From Octopus sinensis (Eukaryota), in contig NC_043014.1 of the NCBI RefSeq assembly GCF_006345805.1, positions 33,108,001-33,172,000 of the forward strand: a stretch of 64,000 bases of DNA, given 5' to 3'. The notes under the pieces are model-generated. The model ran no database searches and was not told the origin of the DNA. It saw nothing but the letters and a program-made list of their open reading frames with translations. Positions 12,240-24,762 of the stretch are shown piece by piece. The stretch's first letter is position 1, and each line of letters starts with the position of its first letter. The translations under genes were made by a program, and so were the position numbers.

Positions 12240-14761
12240 AAGTATATTGCGTGTACTACCCATACAGTTTGAATTATATACGTGAATCATTGCTTAGATA
12301 TAGATTTTTTCCCGCTTTTCTAATGAGTTTATTTAGTCAATAGTTAAATGCATCATCTATCAAGTCCCAACCTACTTGCTGTGGATATTCTCTGTTAGAA
12401 AATGCTATTAATGCTAATTTATTTCCTCCTTTGTATCATCGATGTTTTATTGATTTGTCAAAGCTTCATTGTGTTGTTATATTTGTGAATAACATTTACG
12501 CTCCACTTGGTTTTTGTTTTTCTTCCCAACACAAAGCACACATGCATGAGAACTGGATGAATTGTAACACCCGAGATTTTATGCCCCTGATTTTTTCATT
12601 TTCAGGAAACTCTCAATATAATTTAAGTATGCTGTGGAAAATTCTATTTTATCTTTAGCTTTGTCTTTCTTGTTAGTATCAGCCTCTATGCACGTGTTAT
12701 GTGTGTGTGTGTGTGTGTTGTGACCTGTATGTACATATGTGTATTCCAAAGAGACAAGTCAATCGTGTACACGTGGTTTTCTCGTGTTGTTTCTGGACCA
12801 GTGCATGTAAATAGACCGTGTTAAAGCCAACATCCTACAAACAAAAACTTCTCGCTGTAGTGATTAACATTTAATTATTGATTCATCGTGTACTATGTAT
12901 CATAAATTCATGGGTGGTGTTTGGCAAAGTCGTCAGAGTGTTAGCTAGAATGCCTTGTTGTATTTGCTCTGGCTTTCTACATACTGAGTTCAAATCTCAC
13001 CCTGTCATCAAGAAATAATGACTCTTCTATCAGGTGTTGTCTGTCTATCCAACTATCTTCTCCATCCACTATTCCTGTAGAGATAGAGTCCTCAAGCTCC
13101 TCCTCCAAACAGTAACTATCAGAAGTAACAGTCACCCAACTTTCCAACAAGATTCCCAATTATGACTAAATGAGGCTATGAATATTATCTATCTTTATTC
13201 TTGGTCTACCCCTAAGTCTCCTGTCCATTAACTCAGCTTTAAAAATTTGTCTTGTATCAATAGCTTTATGTGCTTCAAGATACACTGTTTCAATACAGAA
13301 TTGATCCTTTCTTAATTGATTTCTAGGATCCATCACATGTAAAACATATACAAATGACAAACCATGGATCAGTGTCAGTACCAATCAATACTTTGGGCAC
13401 ATTGGGTGCCTATAATATAAATAAGAAAAACAATAAAAACATAAATAACAGCAGCAACAATGAAAAAAACCCATCTTTTGCTAATGTTGTCAGTCACAGG
13501 GAGGCCCTTGATGTGAGCCAACACCCAGAAAGTAGAAAACTAGGATGAAGAATGAGAAAGTGAACGACAGTACAGTTTTGCATAGAATTTATTCAAGAAA
13601 GGGCCAGGAGGAAAGTTACATACCTTTCTATAATGAATAACGGATTTTCCATTTACACCATCTCCAACAAAAATTTGTGGAAGCCATGACCAACATGTAG
13701 TAGGAAGTGTACTTCTTCAACAGAGGAGGTATGTGCAAGCATATGCCTGAGCCCTGAGGTCAGGGAAGAAGTAAGGGGACAAGTAGGACTGGCCTGTCCA
13801 CATTTCTGCCAACAGCTGGTGCCACAGTAAACAGAAAAGAAAAATCAAGAATTACAGTTCAATGTATTGGCAATGGCACTGACACCTGGCTTGACATAAC
13901 TTTGTCTGTATGACATGTTTTATATATGATGGACTCTAGAAACAAATAAAGAAAATATTATATTAAAGCGGAGAGCTGGCAGAATTGTTAGGATGCCCGG
14001 CAAAAGGTTTACTCTTTACTCTCTTTTACTCGTTTCAGTCATTTGACTGTGGCCATGCTGGAGTACCGCCTTTAATCGAGCAACTCGACCCCGGGACTTA
14101 TTCTTTTGTAAGCCCAGTACTTATTCTATCTGTCTCTTTTGCCGAACTGCTAAGTAACAGGGACATAAACACACCAGCATCAGTTGTCAAGCAATGCTAG
14201 GGGGACAAACACAGACACACACACACGCATATATGTATATACATATATATACAACGGGCTTCTTTCAGTTTCCATCTACCAAATCCAGTCACAAGGCTTT
14301 GGTCGGCCTGAGGCTATAGAAGAAGACACTTGCCCAAGGTGCCACGCAGTGGGACTGAACCCGGAACCATGTAGTTGGTAAACAAGCTACTTACCACTCG
14401 GCCACTCCTGCTTTAGCAGCATTTCATCCATCTTTACGTTCTGAGTTCAAATTCCATGAAAGTTGACTTTGTCTTTCATCCAATCAGGGTTGATAAAATA
14501 AGTACCAGTTGGATGCTGAGGTCAACATAAATGACTTACCTCCTCAGAAAATACTGACCTTATACCAAAATTTTAAAGCATCATTATTATCATTATTATT
14601 TGTATTTCACCTGTTGCTATGTTCTGAGTTAAAATTTCACCAAGGTCAGCTTTACCTTTCATCCTTTCAGGGTCTATAAATTATGTACCAGTTGAGTACT
14701 GGGGTTGATGTAATCAACTATCTCCCTCCCCCAAATTTCAGGCCTTGTTCCTATAGGAGAA

Positions 14762-14864
14762 AGGATTATTATTATTGTTGTTGTTGTTGTTATTACTACT
14801 ATTATTATAAGAATTATTATTTTCATTATTATTATTATCATTATTATTATTATTGTTATTATTA

Positions 14865-14895
<31 letters not shown>
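14762..14895. repeat. (ATT)n microsatellite; similar tracts at ~15430-15496, 19870-19920, 20620-20800, 21500-21610, 22480-22562, 22785-22895 and 24680-24810
   Basis: Direct inspection. The tracts follow SINE 3' ends. Confidence 0.95.
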
Positions 14896-14896
<1 letters not shown>

Positions 14897-15430
14897 GAGT
14901 GAGAGAGCAGTGCATGCCATCAAAGTGACACTGGGGTAAAATATACGAAGCCCAATATACCCATCATGACTACCCGTCTGATAAGGGTACACCAGGCACA
15001 TACATCACAACCATATGTGCGCAACATGGTGATCTCATATCAAGATAAACAGCACATGACCTTGCAGGTGGGGCCCAGTTAGAATTTTCTTCAGGTTGAG
15101 TAGCCCATCCCACTCAAAAGGTCCCTGAATAAGGGTTGTTTAAGGATGTTGAAAGAACCACCCATGTTTCCAGAGGTGAATTATTCAAACCCCAAAGAAT
15201 CCCTCTCAACACATGGCTATGATGCTCCGCCACTACTTCTACTCGTGATCAGAGATGCACATATCGTCAGCCACTAAGGGACATGCTCAACTGGTTAAGG
15301 TCAAACAACTGACAAGCAAATCTGTGGTATTGAGCAGAATATTTGCTGTAGCCCATCTTTTATACCAAGACAAAACAATGTACATGATAACACTTTCAAT
15401 CAGTTAAGATCAGAAGCCATGAGAGCCACT
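14896..15430 (-). mobile_element. ~530-bp non-coding element embedded in an (AAT)n tract; probable non-autonomous retroelement or LINE 3' UTR
   Basis: Complex sequence bounded by (ATT)n on the left and (GTT)(ATT)n on the right. The minus sense ends ...ctctctcactc(AAT)n. No recognisable protein-coding ORF and no tRNA-like head. Confidence 0.55.
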
Positions 15431-15440
15431 GTTGTTGTTG

Positions 15441-15496
<56 letters not shown>

Positions 15497-15498
<2 letters not shown>

Positions 15499-18400
15499 TT
15501 TTTTTTTCTTCTTTCAAATTTTCAAATTTGCTTCCATTTCTTGCCGAGTGTCTTCCCGACTCCTAGGGCAAAGAAACTCATAGTATACATTGGTAGGCCA
15601 TTAAACCAAACTCAATAGTTCGTTCATTTTTTTTTTTTTTTTTTTAATTAAATTAAAATACATGAGCAGCAACAGTTCCCACATCGACAATGCTCTTCTC
15701 AATACGTGTGATGTACCAGTTAAGACAATCTTTTGCACTTCTTGCAGGGATGGTAAGCCAGGGATCATTCTCATATAATTTTCGGTTCCCTTCTTGATCA
15801 TTCCTAGTGCTCCTACGATCACTGGTATTGTAACCGCCTTGAGATGCCACATTTTCTCAATTTCAATGAGTAAGTCTTTATATTTTCTGAGCTTGTCAAA
15901 CTCTTTCGCTGAGATATTATGATCACAGGGGATGCTCATGTCGATCAATAAGCAAACTTTATTGTTTTGGTCTTTCACAACAATATCTGGTTTATTGGCC
16001 TTGATGGTTCGGTCTGTATGTACTGGAAAGTCCCACAGAATGGTTACATTTTCTCTTTCAGTTACAGCCTCAGGGTGGTGATTATACCACTTGTCGGCAG
16101 TTTTCATATTGTAATGCCGACTTATTAGCCAGTGGAGATATTGACCAACTCTGTCATGTCTTAATTTATACTCCACTGGTGCTAAGACTTTACATCCAGA
16201 GATTAGGTGGTCCACTGTTTCAATCATGTCGTTGCAGAATCAGCATTTTGGGTCTGCTCCATTTTTCATCACATTGGCCTGGTAGTTCCGGGTTAATAGG
16301 CTTTGATCTTGAGCAGCCAGGATGAAACCTTTGCTCTCTGCTTTTAGCCCTGAGCTCCGTAGCCACTGATGGGTTTGCTTCTGGTCAACATCAGCTTGTT
16401 TGCTGCGGGTCACATATTTGCCGTGCAGAGGTTTCTCCTCCCACCTATCAGCCAATTGCTCGTGTGCTTTTTTCGTTGCCATCATTTTCACCTTCTTTGC
16501 AACAATAGTTGCCATACTTCCCTCGGGTTGTTCAGTTTGGGTATCCTGCACGAGATCAATAGCAAATTTTTTGCTTTCCTTTATAATAGAATGAAGCTTC
16601 TTTCGTCTCTCGTGATTTTCCACGAGCTTTAGCATCCAGTCATTCGATATTTCGAGATATTTGGCCAGTCCAATTGTGGTTGTTTTGTAAGCTAGTTCAA
16701 ATTGGATCAGGCCTCGACCTCCTTGGGCTCTGGGAAGGTAAAGGCGATCTACGTCTGCCTTTGGGTGGTGCATCCTATTACAACTCAGCAGCTTGCGTAT
16801 TTTCCTATCTATATTCTTTACTTCACTCATATTCCAGTTCAACACATTGTAGCTATAAGTAACAACTGAAACTGCTAAGGAATTTATAGCTAACACCTTG
16901 TTACGTGCATTTAGTTCAGATTTCAGGACTGCACGAACCCTCTTATAACATTCCTTCCTGATCTTCTCTTTCATGCTTGCATGCTGAATACCAGAGCCTT
17001 CATTTATCCCTAAATATTTGTATGTTTGTTCTTGCTCAAGCTCTCTTATGACTGTGTCAACATCTAACACGACTGAATTTGTGGTCTTCACTTTCCCTTT
17101 CTGGAAAGTGGCCTTGGCACACTTCTCAAGTCCAAACTCCATCCCGATGTCATCGCTGAATGCTTTCACGGTGCGCAATAGGCCATCAAGTTCATTATTG
17201 TCTTTACCATAAAGTTTTAAGTCATCCATATAAAATAGATGGCTTATTTTTTTATTGGCAATTTTATACCCATACCCTGTTCTGTTTAATTCACTTGTAA
17301 GGGGTATTAGGGCTATGCAGAATATTAAAGGTGAAAGTGAGTCACCTTGAAAAATTCCACAGTTGATGTTTATATTTTCTGAGGCAAGTACTCCATTAGA
17401 GTGGTATAATTGGAGATTCGTATTCCACAACGACATATTGTGCTTCAGGAAGTTTGAAATCACAGGGGAAATTTTGAAGATGTCCAGCGATCTCAAGATC
17501 CATGGATGCGGTATACTGTTGAAGGCCTTTTTATAGTCAATCCATGCAGTGCTGAGATTTCTGCGCTTGTTGTGACAGTTCTCAAGGATCATACGATTGA
17601 TTAGCAGTTGATCTTTGCATCCGTAAGAGCCTCGGCGGCACCCTTTTTGTTCAATGGGGAAAATATCGTTCTTCTCCATGAATGCATATGTTTTCTCCGC
17701 CAGGATAGATGTTAGGATTTTATATGTGGTGGATAGACAGGTTATAGGCCGATAGTTTTTTGAAAGGTTGGTTTCGTTATTCTTTGGGAGTAGGTAAGTA
17801 ATGCTACTTGCTAACCATTCAGGTGTTTTCTTTGGGTCTCTCATAATTCCATTGAGCAGCTGAACTAGCTTACCGTGTGCGCATGGGAGCGATGCGAGCC
17901 AGAAATTCGGCACCCTATCTTTACCGGGGATTTCCAATTATGGCCTTCGTGAGTGCCTTTCTTAGTCTGCTATTGTGATGTCTTCCATGCTTGTTGTTGT
18001 AAATTTTGGTAGGATCCTTCAGTTTGTATAATCCAGTCTGCATTTATGTTGTACGTCTTCTTGTCACTCCAAATCCTTTTCCAAAAGTTTTGAACTTCTT
18101 CCATGGGAGGGGGGTCTTTAACGGTTACTTTCTCCTTCCCTATTTCTCTGTAGAATTTTTTGGCATTGGATGTGAAGAGCTTATTTTGCTTGTAAAACTT
18201 GTTTCTCTTCTCAAATCTCCGTATTCTTTGGGCTTTTGCTTGGACTTTTTTTTCAGCATTTCTTTATTGATATCAGTTCTTCTCTTGGTGAGGATCCAAA
18301 TTTTCTCTTCATCTTTCTTCCTGTTCTGGATCTTACATCATTTCCACATATTAGTTCATTTAATATTGATATTTCCCCTCTCATAATTCTCTCTTTTTCA

Positions 18401-19470
18401 ATTTTACTTCTCCAGGTTTGATTTCTTCCCAAGTTTTGTTTTCTTTGTTTTTTCAGGGCATACAGCTGGTTTCAATTGCCCTAGCAGAAGCGTAAATAAT
18501 TTCATTTAACTCAGTAAAATCAGGTTTTAATTCTCGTATTATTTCATTTGTTACATAGTTGCCATTTGGATTTGTTTTTTATTTGGTTTGTATTTGAGAG
18601 TTTATGAAGTGGTTCTCTATCATTCATACTTGTATGTCTTACAACTTCAAGCGTATTCAGGATTTTCTGCTGCCTCATTTCTGCCATAGAACTCTCTGTG
18701 TTCTTCAGCAAATGCGAGATCTTCAGTTACTGTTGTTTTGTCGTTTTCCTGGCTATCTTTAACAGGTACAATAGAATTTCTTGTATCTCACAGGCCTTTG
18801 CGGACTTTGGTCAGATGGCATTCTTTCAATTAAGCCTCGTGGCGGGCTATACTGTTCATCTGATTCTTCTTTCCTTTGTGTCTTATATTTATGTCATTTT
18901 CCGTTGCGTGCTTGATCGCGCTTATTTCACTGTCTGTGAGTCTGTTATTTCTAAGGATATCCCTCCTCACATTTGCTAATTTGTTCTCGTCCCAATAGGC
19001 CTACTGTCTTGATTCCGTGTTCTCCATATACTGTAAGAGTTTGCGGTGTGTCTCTCTTGAGATGGCCTACCTAATGCATAGTAATAAGCGTATATTACTT
19101 CTTTATACTCTTCCTCGGGTCCATTTGTTCCGCTTACATTTTTCTTTCTGTGGTGGTTGTGGTGGTGAACTTGGAGGGCTCGAGTTGGGGGATTTCCCGT
19201 TCAAGTGACCATCCATGTCCGTATTTGGAGAGAGTTTGTTCCAGTTGATGACTTTTCGATCCCAGGCTGGCTCTTCCCTGGGGGACGCGCTTCCAGATTA
19301 ACCATAGGACAAGCGATTTGGTATACTGATTTAGTTTCCTTTTAGTTTCCAAAAACATTTTGGTGGCTACGATAATGTTATCATTTTTTAGCTTTGATTG
19401 GCTCGTGGGGAGACGGCCATCATTGCCGTTACAATTATAATCGTACCATTATAGCAGCCGTAGTCGGCTT
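15497..19470 (-). mobile_element. Near full-length R4/Dong-like non-LTR retrotransposon (RT + CCHC + restriction-like endonuclease), inactivated
   Basis: The minus strand encodes an N-terminal KRNKWTR..EYKEVIYAYYYAL-like segment (frameshifted). RT motifs: NYRPITCL, QKGC, WIDYKKAF, GIFQGDSLSP, FYMDDLK, YKYLG. Zinc knuckle KC*FC..DHLISGC. RLE motifs: RHDRV, KPDIVV, LIDMSIP, K..KY. Flanked by (TAA)n-type tracts at both ends. Confidence 0.92.
15601..17937 (-). pseudogene. RT and RLE portion of the LINE ORF, broken by an in-frame TGA inside the zinc knuckle
   Basis: Track ORFs 16240..17937 and 15601..16227 are in the same frame. They are separated by TGA in AAA TGC TGA TTC TGC, consistent with CGA>TGA decay. 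The region upstream of 17937 has further stops and frameshifts. Confidence 0.9.
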
Positions 19471-19829
19471 ATTATTGTTATTATCATCACCATTATTATC
19501 ACTATCATCATTATCACCACCATTAAATCATCATTATCATCATCCACCATCACCATCATCATCATCAATGATATGTTTTTTATGTGTAGTCACAGCAGTA
19601 TCTTATTATTGTTATTTTTTATCATCATCACCATCACAGTAGTGTCTGTCTGTCTCGTTGGCTGGCTGACTGTCTTCAATGCCAGAGTTCTTGCCTGTCA
19701 AATAATACTTTCATATTTGGTTAACAATAGAGCGGAGGTGAGGTTTTGTGTTGGTTGAACTCTTTGAGTGTGTGTGTGTGTGTAGATAGATAGATAGATT
19801 ATCAGCACTATTACTATCATTATTATCAT

Positions 19830-19870
19830 CATCACCATCACCATCAGTGATATATTTTTTTTTTTTTTAA

Positions 19871-19920
<50 letters not shown>

Positions 19921-20631
19921 GAAGCAGAAAGTGGCAGAATGGTTAGCACACCAGGTGAAATGCTTAGGAGTAGTCTGTCTGCTACTACGTTCTGAGTTCA
20001 AATTCTGCCAAGGTTGACTTTGCCTTTCATCCTTCAGGTGATGACCTAACAGAATTGCTGGCATGCCAGGTAAAATGCTTAGCAGCATTTTGTTCTTTAT
20101 ATTCTCAGTTCAAATCCCACTGAGGTTGACTTTATCTTTCATCTTTTTTGGAGTTGATAAAATAAGTACCAGTGGATCACTGGGGTTGATATTATGGACT
20201 AACCCTCACCTCTGAAATTGTAGGCCTTGTGTCAAAATTTGAAACCAATTATTATTATTGTTGTTGTCATTGTTATTATCATTATTATTATTATTATTAT
20301 ATCCTAAGTTCAAGTCCCGCCAAGGTTGACTTTGTCTTTCATCCTTTCGGGTTGATATAATTAAGTACCATTGAAACACTGGGGTTGATGTAACTGCCTA
20401 GTCCCCTCCCACAAAATATCAGGTCTTGTGCCTATAGTAGAAAGGATTATTATTATTATTATTATTATTATTGTCCTAAGTTCAAGTTCTGCCAAGGTTG
20501 ACATTGTCTTTCATCCAGTTGGATCGATAAATTAAGTACCATTGAAAGACTGGGGTCGATGTAATTGCCTAGTCCCCTTCCCCAAAATTTCAGGTCTTGT
20601 GCCTATAGTAGAAAGGATTATTATTATTATT

Positions 20632-20704
<73 letters not shown>

Positions 20705-21162
20705 CATCATCACCATCACCATCAGTGATATATTTTTTTTTTTTTTAATTTTTTTTTTTTTTATTATTATTATTATTATTTATTATTATTATTATTATTG
20801 AAGCAGAAAGTTGGCAGAATGGTTAGCACACCAGGTGAAATGCTTAGGAGTAGTCTGTCTGCTACTACGTTCTGAGTTCAAATTCTGCCAAGGTTGACTT
20901 TGCCTTTCATCCTTTCAGGTGATGACCTAACAGAATTGCTGGCATGCCAGGTAAAATGCTTAGCAGCATTTTGTTCTTTATATTCTCAGTTCAAATCCCA
21001 CTGAGGTTGACTTTATCTTTCATCTTTTTTGGAGTTGATAAAATAAGTACCAGTGGATCACTGGGGTTGATATTATGGACTAACCCTCACCTCTGAAATT
21101 GTAGGCCTTGTGTCAAAATTTGAAACCATTATTATTATTATTGTTGTTGTCATTGTTATTTA

Positions 21163-21193
<31 letters not shown>

Positions 21194-21521
21194 CCTAAGT
21201 TCAAGTCCCGCCAAGGTTGACTTTGTCTTTCATCCTTTCGGGTTGATAAATTAAGTACCATTGAAACACTGGGGTTGATGTAACTGCCTAGTCCCCTCCC
21301 ACAAAATATCAGGTCTTGTGCCTATAGTAGAAAGGATTATTATTATTATTATTATTATTATTGTCCTAAGTTCAAGTTCTGCCAAGGTTGACATTGTCTT
21401 TCATCCAGTTGGATCGATAAATTAAGTACCATTGAAAGACTGGGGTCGATGTAATTGCCTAGTCCCCTTCCCCAAAATTTCAGGTCTTGTGCCTATAGTA
21501 GAAAGGATTATTATTATTATT

Positions 21522-21595
<74 letters not shown>

Positions 21596-21610
21596 CATCA
21601 TCATCATCAT
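19830..21610. repeat. Tandem duplication, unit ~880-890 bp
   Basis: catcagtgata at 19842 and 20720; attaagtaccattgaaagac at 20531 and 21421. The differences I saw are homopolymer or microsatellite indels. Confidence 0.9.
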
Positions 21611-22806
21611 TATGTTTATTATTTTGCTTTGCTTTAATTTGCAGGAGTTACAACCACTTCTTAACCAGAGACACAGGGGACAAACGAGTTTTTGCATCTA
21701 AAGGTGCAAACAGGTGAGGTGCCAAGCAATTGAAAAAATTCCTGTCTGTATGTTACAAGAGAATCCCTTTGATAAAATTTATAACAAAACTGAATGAATA
21801 AGACTGTATTTACATGGAGAGGAATTTATATAAGATATGTGAGGCCCCCATAAGTATGATCTTTTGCATTTCACTTATTCTGTGATTGTCAGGAATTTGG
21901 TCTACATATTTGTTTATCCCTTTTGATATCATTCCAAATGCTCACATAACAATAGGTATTGTTGTTGAACTAAGATGCCACATTCTTCAGATTTCTATCT
22001 CCAAGTTCATATATTTATTCTATTTCTCAAATGATTTTAGAGATGTGTTGATTTTTGTTGTTTTATTTTTTTTTTTTGTTAGCTGGGACTGTAACAACCA
22101 CTCTTTTCTACATGGTTTTTTACAATGATATCTGGTTTGTAGTTATTATTATTATTATTATTAATGTCGCAAGAATGGCTAGTATGAAAGGAGCCATTCT
22201 GAGGTTACATCTGTGATTTAAAAAGGTAACATAAAAGGAGAAAGGGGCTCTCTACCCCCTTTTGACCAGGCTCCTGTTGGCTTTTATGGGGTTTTTCCAC
22301 CAGGAACCTTTCATAACGCCTCCCACTATTGGGAGGTTTTCGTTGTTATAATCTTTTCATTGTTAAACTGTTTTTTACTTGATTTCACAAACGGACAAAA
22401 CCCTTTGTAACCTTTCATCCTGTTTTGTCCCTTTATGTAATAATTGATTTTTGTCAGCCCTTGTGGCCAATAAAAGAATTAATTATTATTATTATCATCA
22501 TTATTATTATTATTATTATTATTAATTTATTATTATTATTATTATTTATTATTATTATTATTAAGTAAGGTGGCAAGTTGGCCGAATCGCTAGCAAGCCG
22601 GTGGGTGAAATGCATAGCAGTATTTTGTCTGCTGCTACATTCTGAGTTCAAATTCGACCAAGGTTGATTTTGCTTTTCATCTTTTAAGAGTTGATAAATT
22701 AAGTACCAGTGAAACACTGGGGTTGATGTAATCAACTAGTCCCCTCCCCCAAATTTCAGGCCTTGTGCCTTTAGCAGAAAGGATCATCATCATCATCATC
22801 AACACC

Positions 22807-22853
<47 letters not shown>

Positions 22854-22861
22854 TATTATTA

Positions 22862-22897
<36 letters not shown>

Positions 22898-23300
22898 GGC
22901 AGTGAACTAGCAGAATAGTTAGCACTTTGTCCATCTCTGTGTTCTCAGTTCAAATGCCACTAATGTCAACTTTGCCTTTCATTTCAGAATCAATATAATA
23001 AATACCAGCTGAGTACTGGAGTTGATGTAATTGACTTACCCACTCACTCGAACTTGCTGGCCTTGTGCAAAAATTTGAAACCATTATCAAGGTGGCAAGC
23101 TGGCAGAATCATTAGTACACCAGGCAAATTGCTTAGTGGCATTTCGTCTGTCATGTTCTGAGTTCAAATTCTGCTGAGGTTGACTTTGCCTTTCATCCTT
23201 TTAGGGTCTATGAAATAAGTACCAGTGAATCACTGGGGTCAATGTAATCAACTTAACCTATCTCCTGCTGGCCTTGTGCCTAAATGTTCAAAGTGAATGG
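19915..23300 (+). mobile_element. Head-to-tail cluster of (ATT)n-tailed SINE B variant copies
   Basis: Repeated gttc(t)gagttcaaatt..gactttgcctttcatcc..ggccttgtgcc..gaaaggattattatt units separated by (ATT)n/(ATC)n. More copies lie at ~14410-14770 and 24810-24940. Confidence 0.8.
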
Positions 23301-23646
23301 TCACCTCTCAGAACCATTCAATATCATGCGCTTGGTCCAGCAATGTTGCTCCCTCTTGTCTCTCTTGTATATACTGATTCTCGAGCCACTAGGCATGCCG
23401 TGGTTGATGATGCACAGACATACACTGAGGCTACATCTCCATTGCTTCCTTGATGGTGAAGAGGTGTGGTCATTGTTTGCCAGACACATATTTCCTCAGC
23501 TAGTTTCTTTAATGGGGCTGCAGTCCAGGGTAAAACAGAGACTGAGAGGGAGCATTTGGAATGAGGAATGTCTTCAAGTACTCACAGCCCTCAGCCAATC
23601 AGACACTGCAATAGGTGGAATGTACACTTTAGCTTTTTATAGAGTA

Positions 23647-24010
23647 CTAGCACTATGACCTGGCGTTGCCAGGTCATGGTGCTAGTGCATGCATATACAG
23701 CTGCGTGCGTGCACACATACATGCGAGTACTGTCCAAATCTCCGACCAATCACATACAGATAGCTGGCGTTCAATTGGTGTATCAAGTTTCGGGCATTTT
23801 GATTGGGTTTTGGATAGAAAATTCACAAAAAAGTCACTTCTATTGATTTTTTAATGGCTTTACGGGATGACTGGGGAAATGTAAAGATGTGCACGACCAC
23901 CCTTCGACGGTTTTGAATGACCATAGAAAGTGCAAGCCCTCTAACTGAAAAATTGTGGATTTGTATAAAGGACATGCACGCAGACATTTTGCCGTTTATA
24001 TATATAGAGA
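23647..24010 (-). mobile_element. Non-autonomous Helitron (~364 bp)
   Basis: The minus strand starts A|TCTCTATATA and ends CTAG|T, with a GC-rich terminal hairpin and no TSD. Homologous to the copies at 26825 and 33161. Confidence 0.85.
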
Positions 24011-24716
24011 TGACTTTCTTGGGGAGTCCTTGGGCACTGAAGAAGATCAGCTAGCTGCTCTTTTCCAAACAACTTTCGGCCTGAGACCAATGGATAATTT
24101 CCAAAAATCTCTGGCCCGGCAGTGCTACCAGGTAGCTTTGCCTGTTCAAGATAAACTTTACAGGTACAGAAGTACCGTCAGCCAAGCATTGCTGACCTGT
24201 GGGTTTATGTTGAACATCTGCTGTTGTGTGCAGGATGGATCTGGCTGTCATTTGAATCCATCACGAAGATTGCCCTGCTGCCTTCCTCTAAGCAGGAATC
24301 TCATCTCTTTACTGCCCACAAGGGGCTACACACAAAGGGGACAAACAAAGACAGACAAACTGACCTTTAGGTCAGGGATGAAGCAAGGGACCAAAGCCTT
24401 GTGAGTGGATTTGGTAGACAGAAACTGAAAGAAACCCGTCGTATATATGTATATATATGTATGTATGTGTGTATATATGTTTGTGTGTCCGTGTTTGTCC
24501 CCCCAACATCGCTTGACAACTGATGTTGCTGTGTTTACGTTCCCATAACCTAGCGGTTTGGCAAAAGGGACTGATAGAATAAGTACAAGGCTTACAAAGA
24601 ATAAGTCCTGGGGTCGATTTGGTTGACTGAAGGTAATGCTCCGGCATGGCCACAGTCAAATGACTGAAACAAGTAAAAAAGTATTATTATTATTATTGTT
24701 GCTTTTGTTGTTGTTG

Positions 24717-24762
<46 letters not shown>

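Noticed and set aside
11963-12343. Long ORFs over microsatellites (also 14674-15001, 20542-21701, 25271-25796, 40367-41048, 59855-60589)
   Set aside because: Low-complexity translations of (TA)n, (TACA)n, (ATT)n, GA-rich or SINE sequence.
19915-23300. CRISPR-like or satellite array
   Set aside because: The units are SINE copies separated by microsatellites in eukaryotic DNA. There are no fixed-length repeats with unique spacers and no cas genes.
23955-24404. 149-aa ORF
   Set aside because: A chimera of a Helitron end, a degenerate repeat and SINE sequence, with no recognisable domain.
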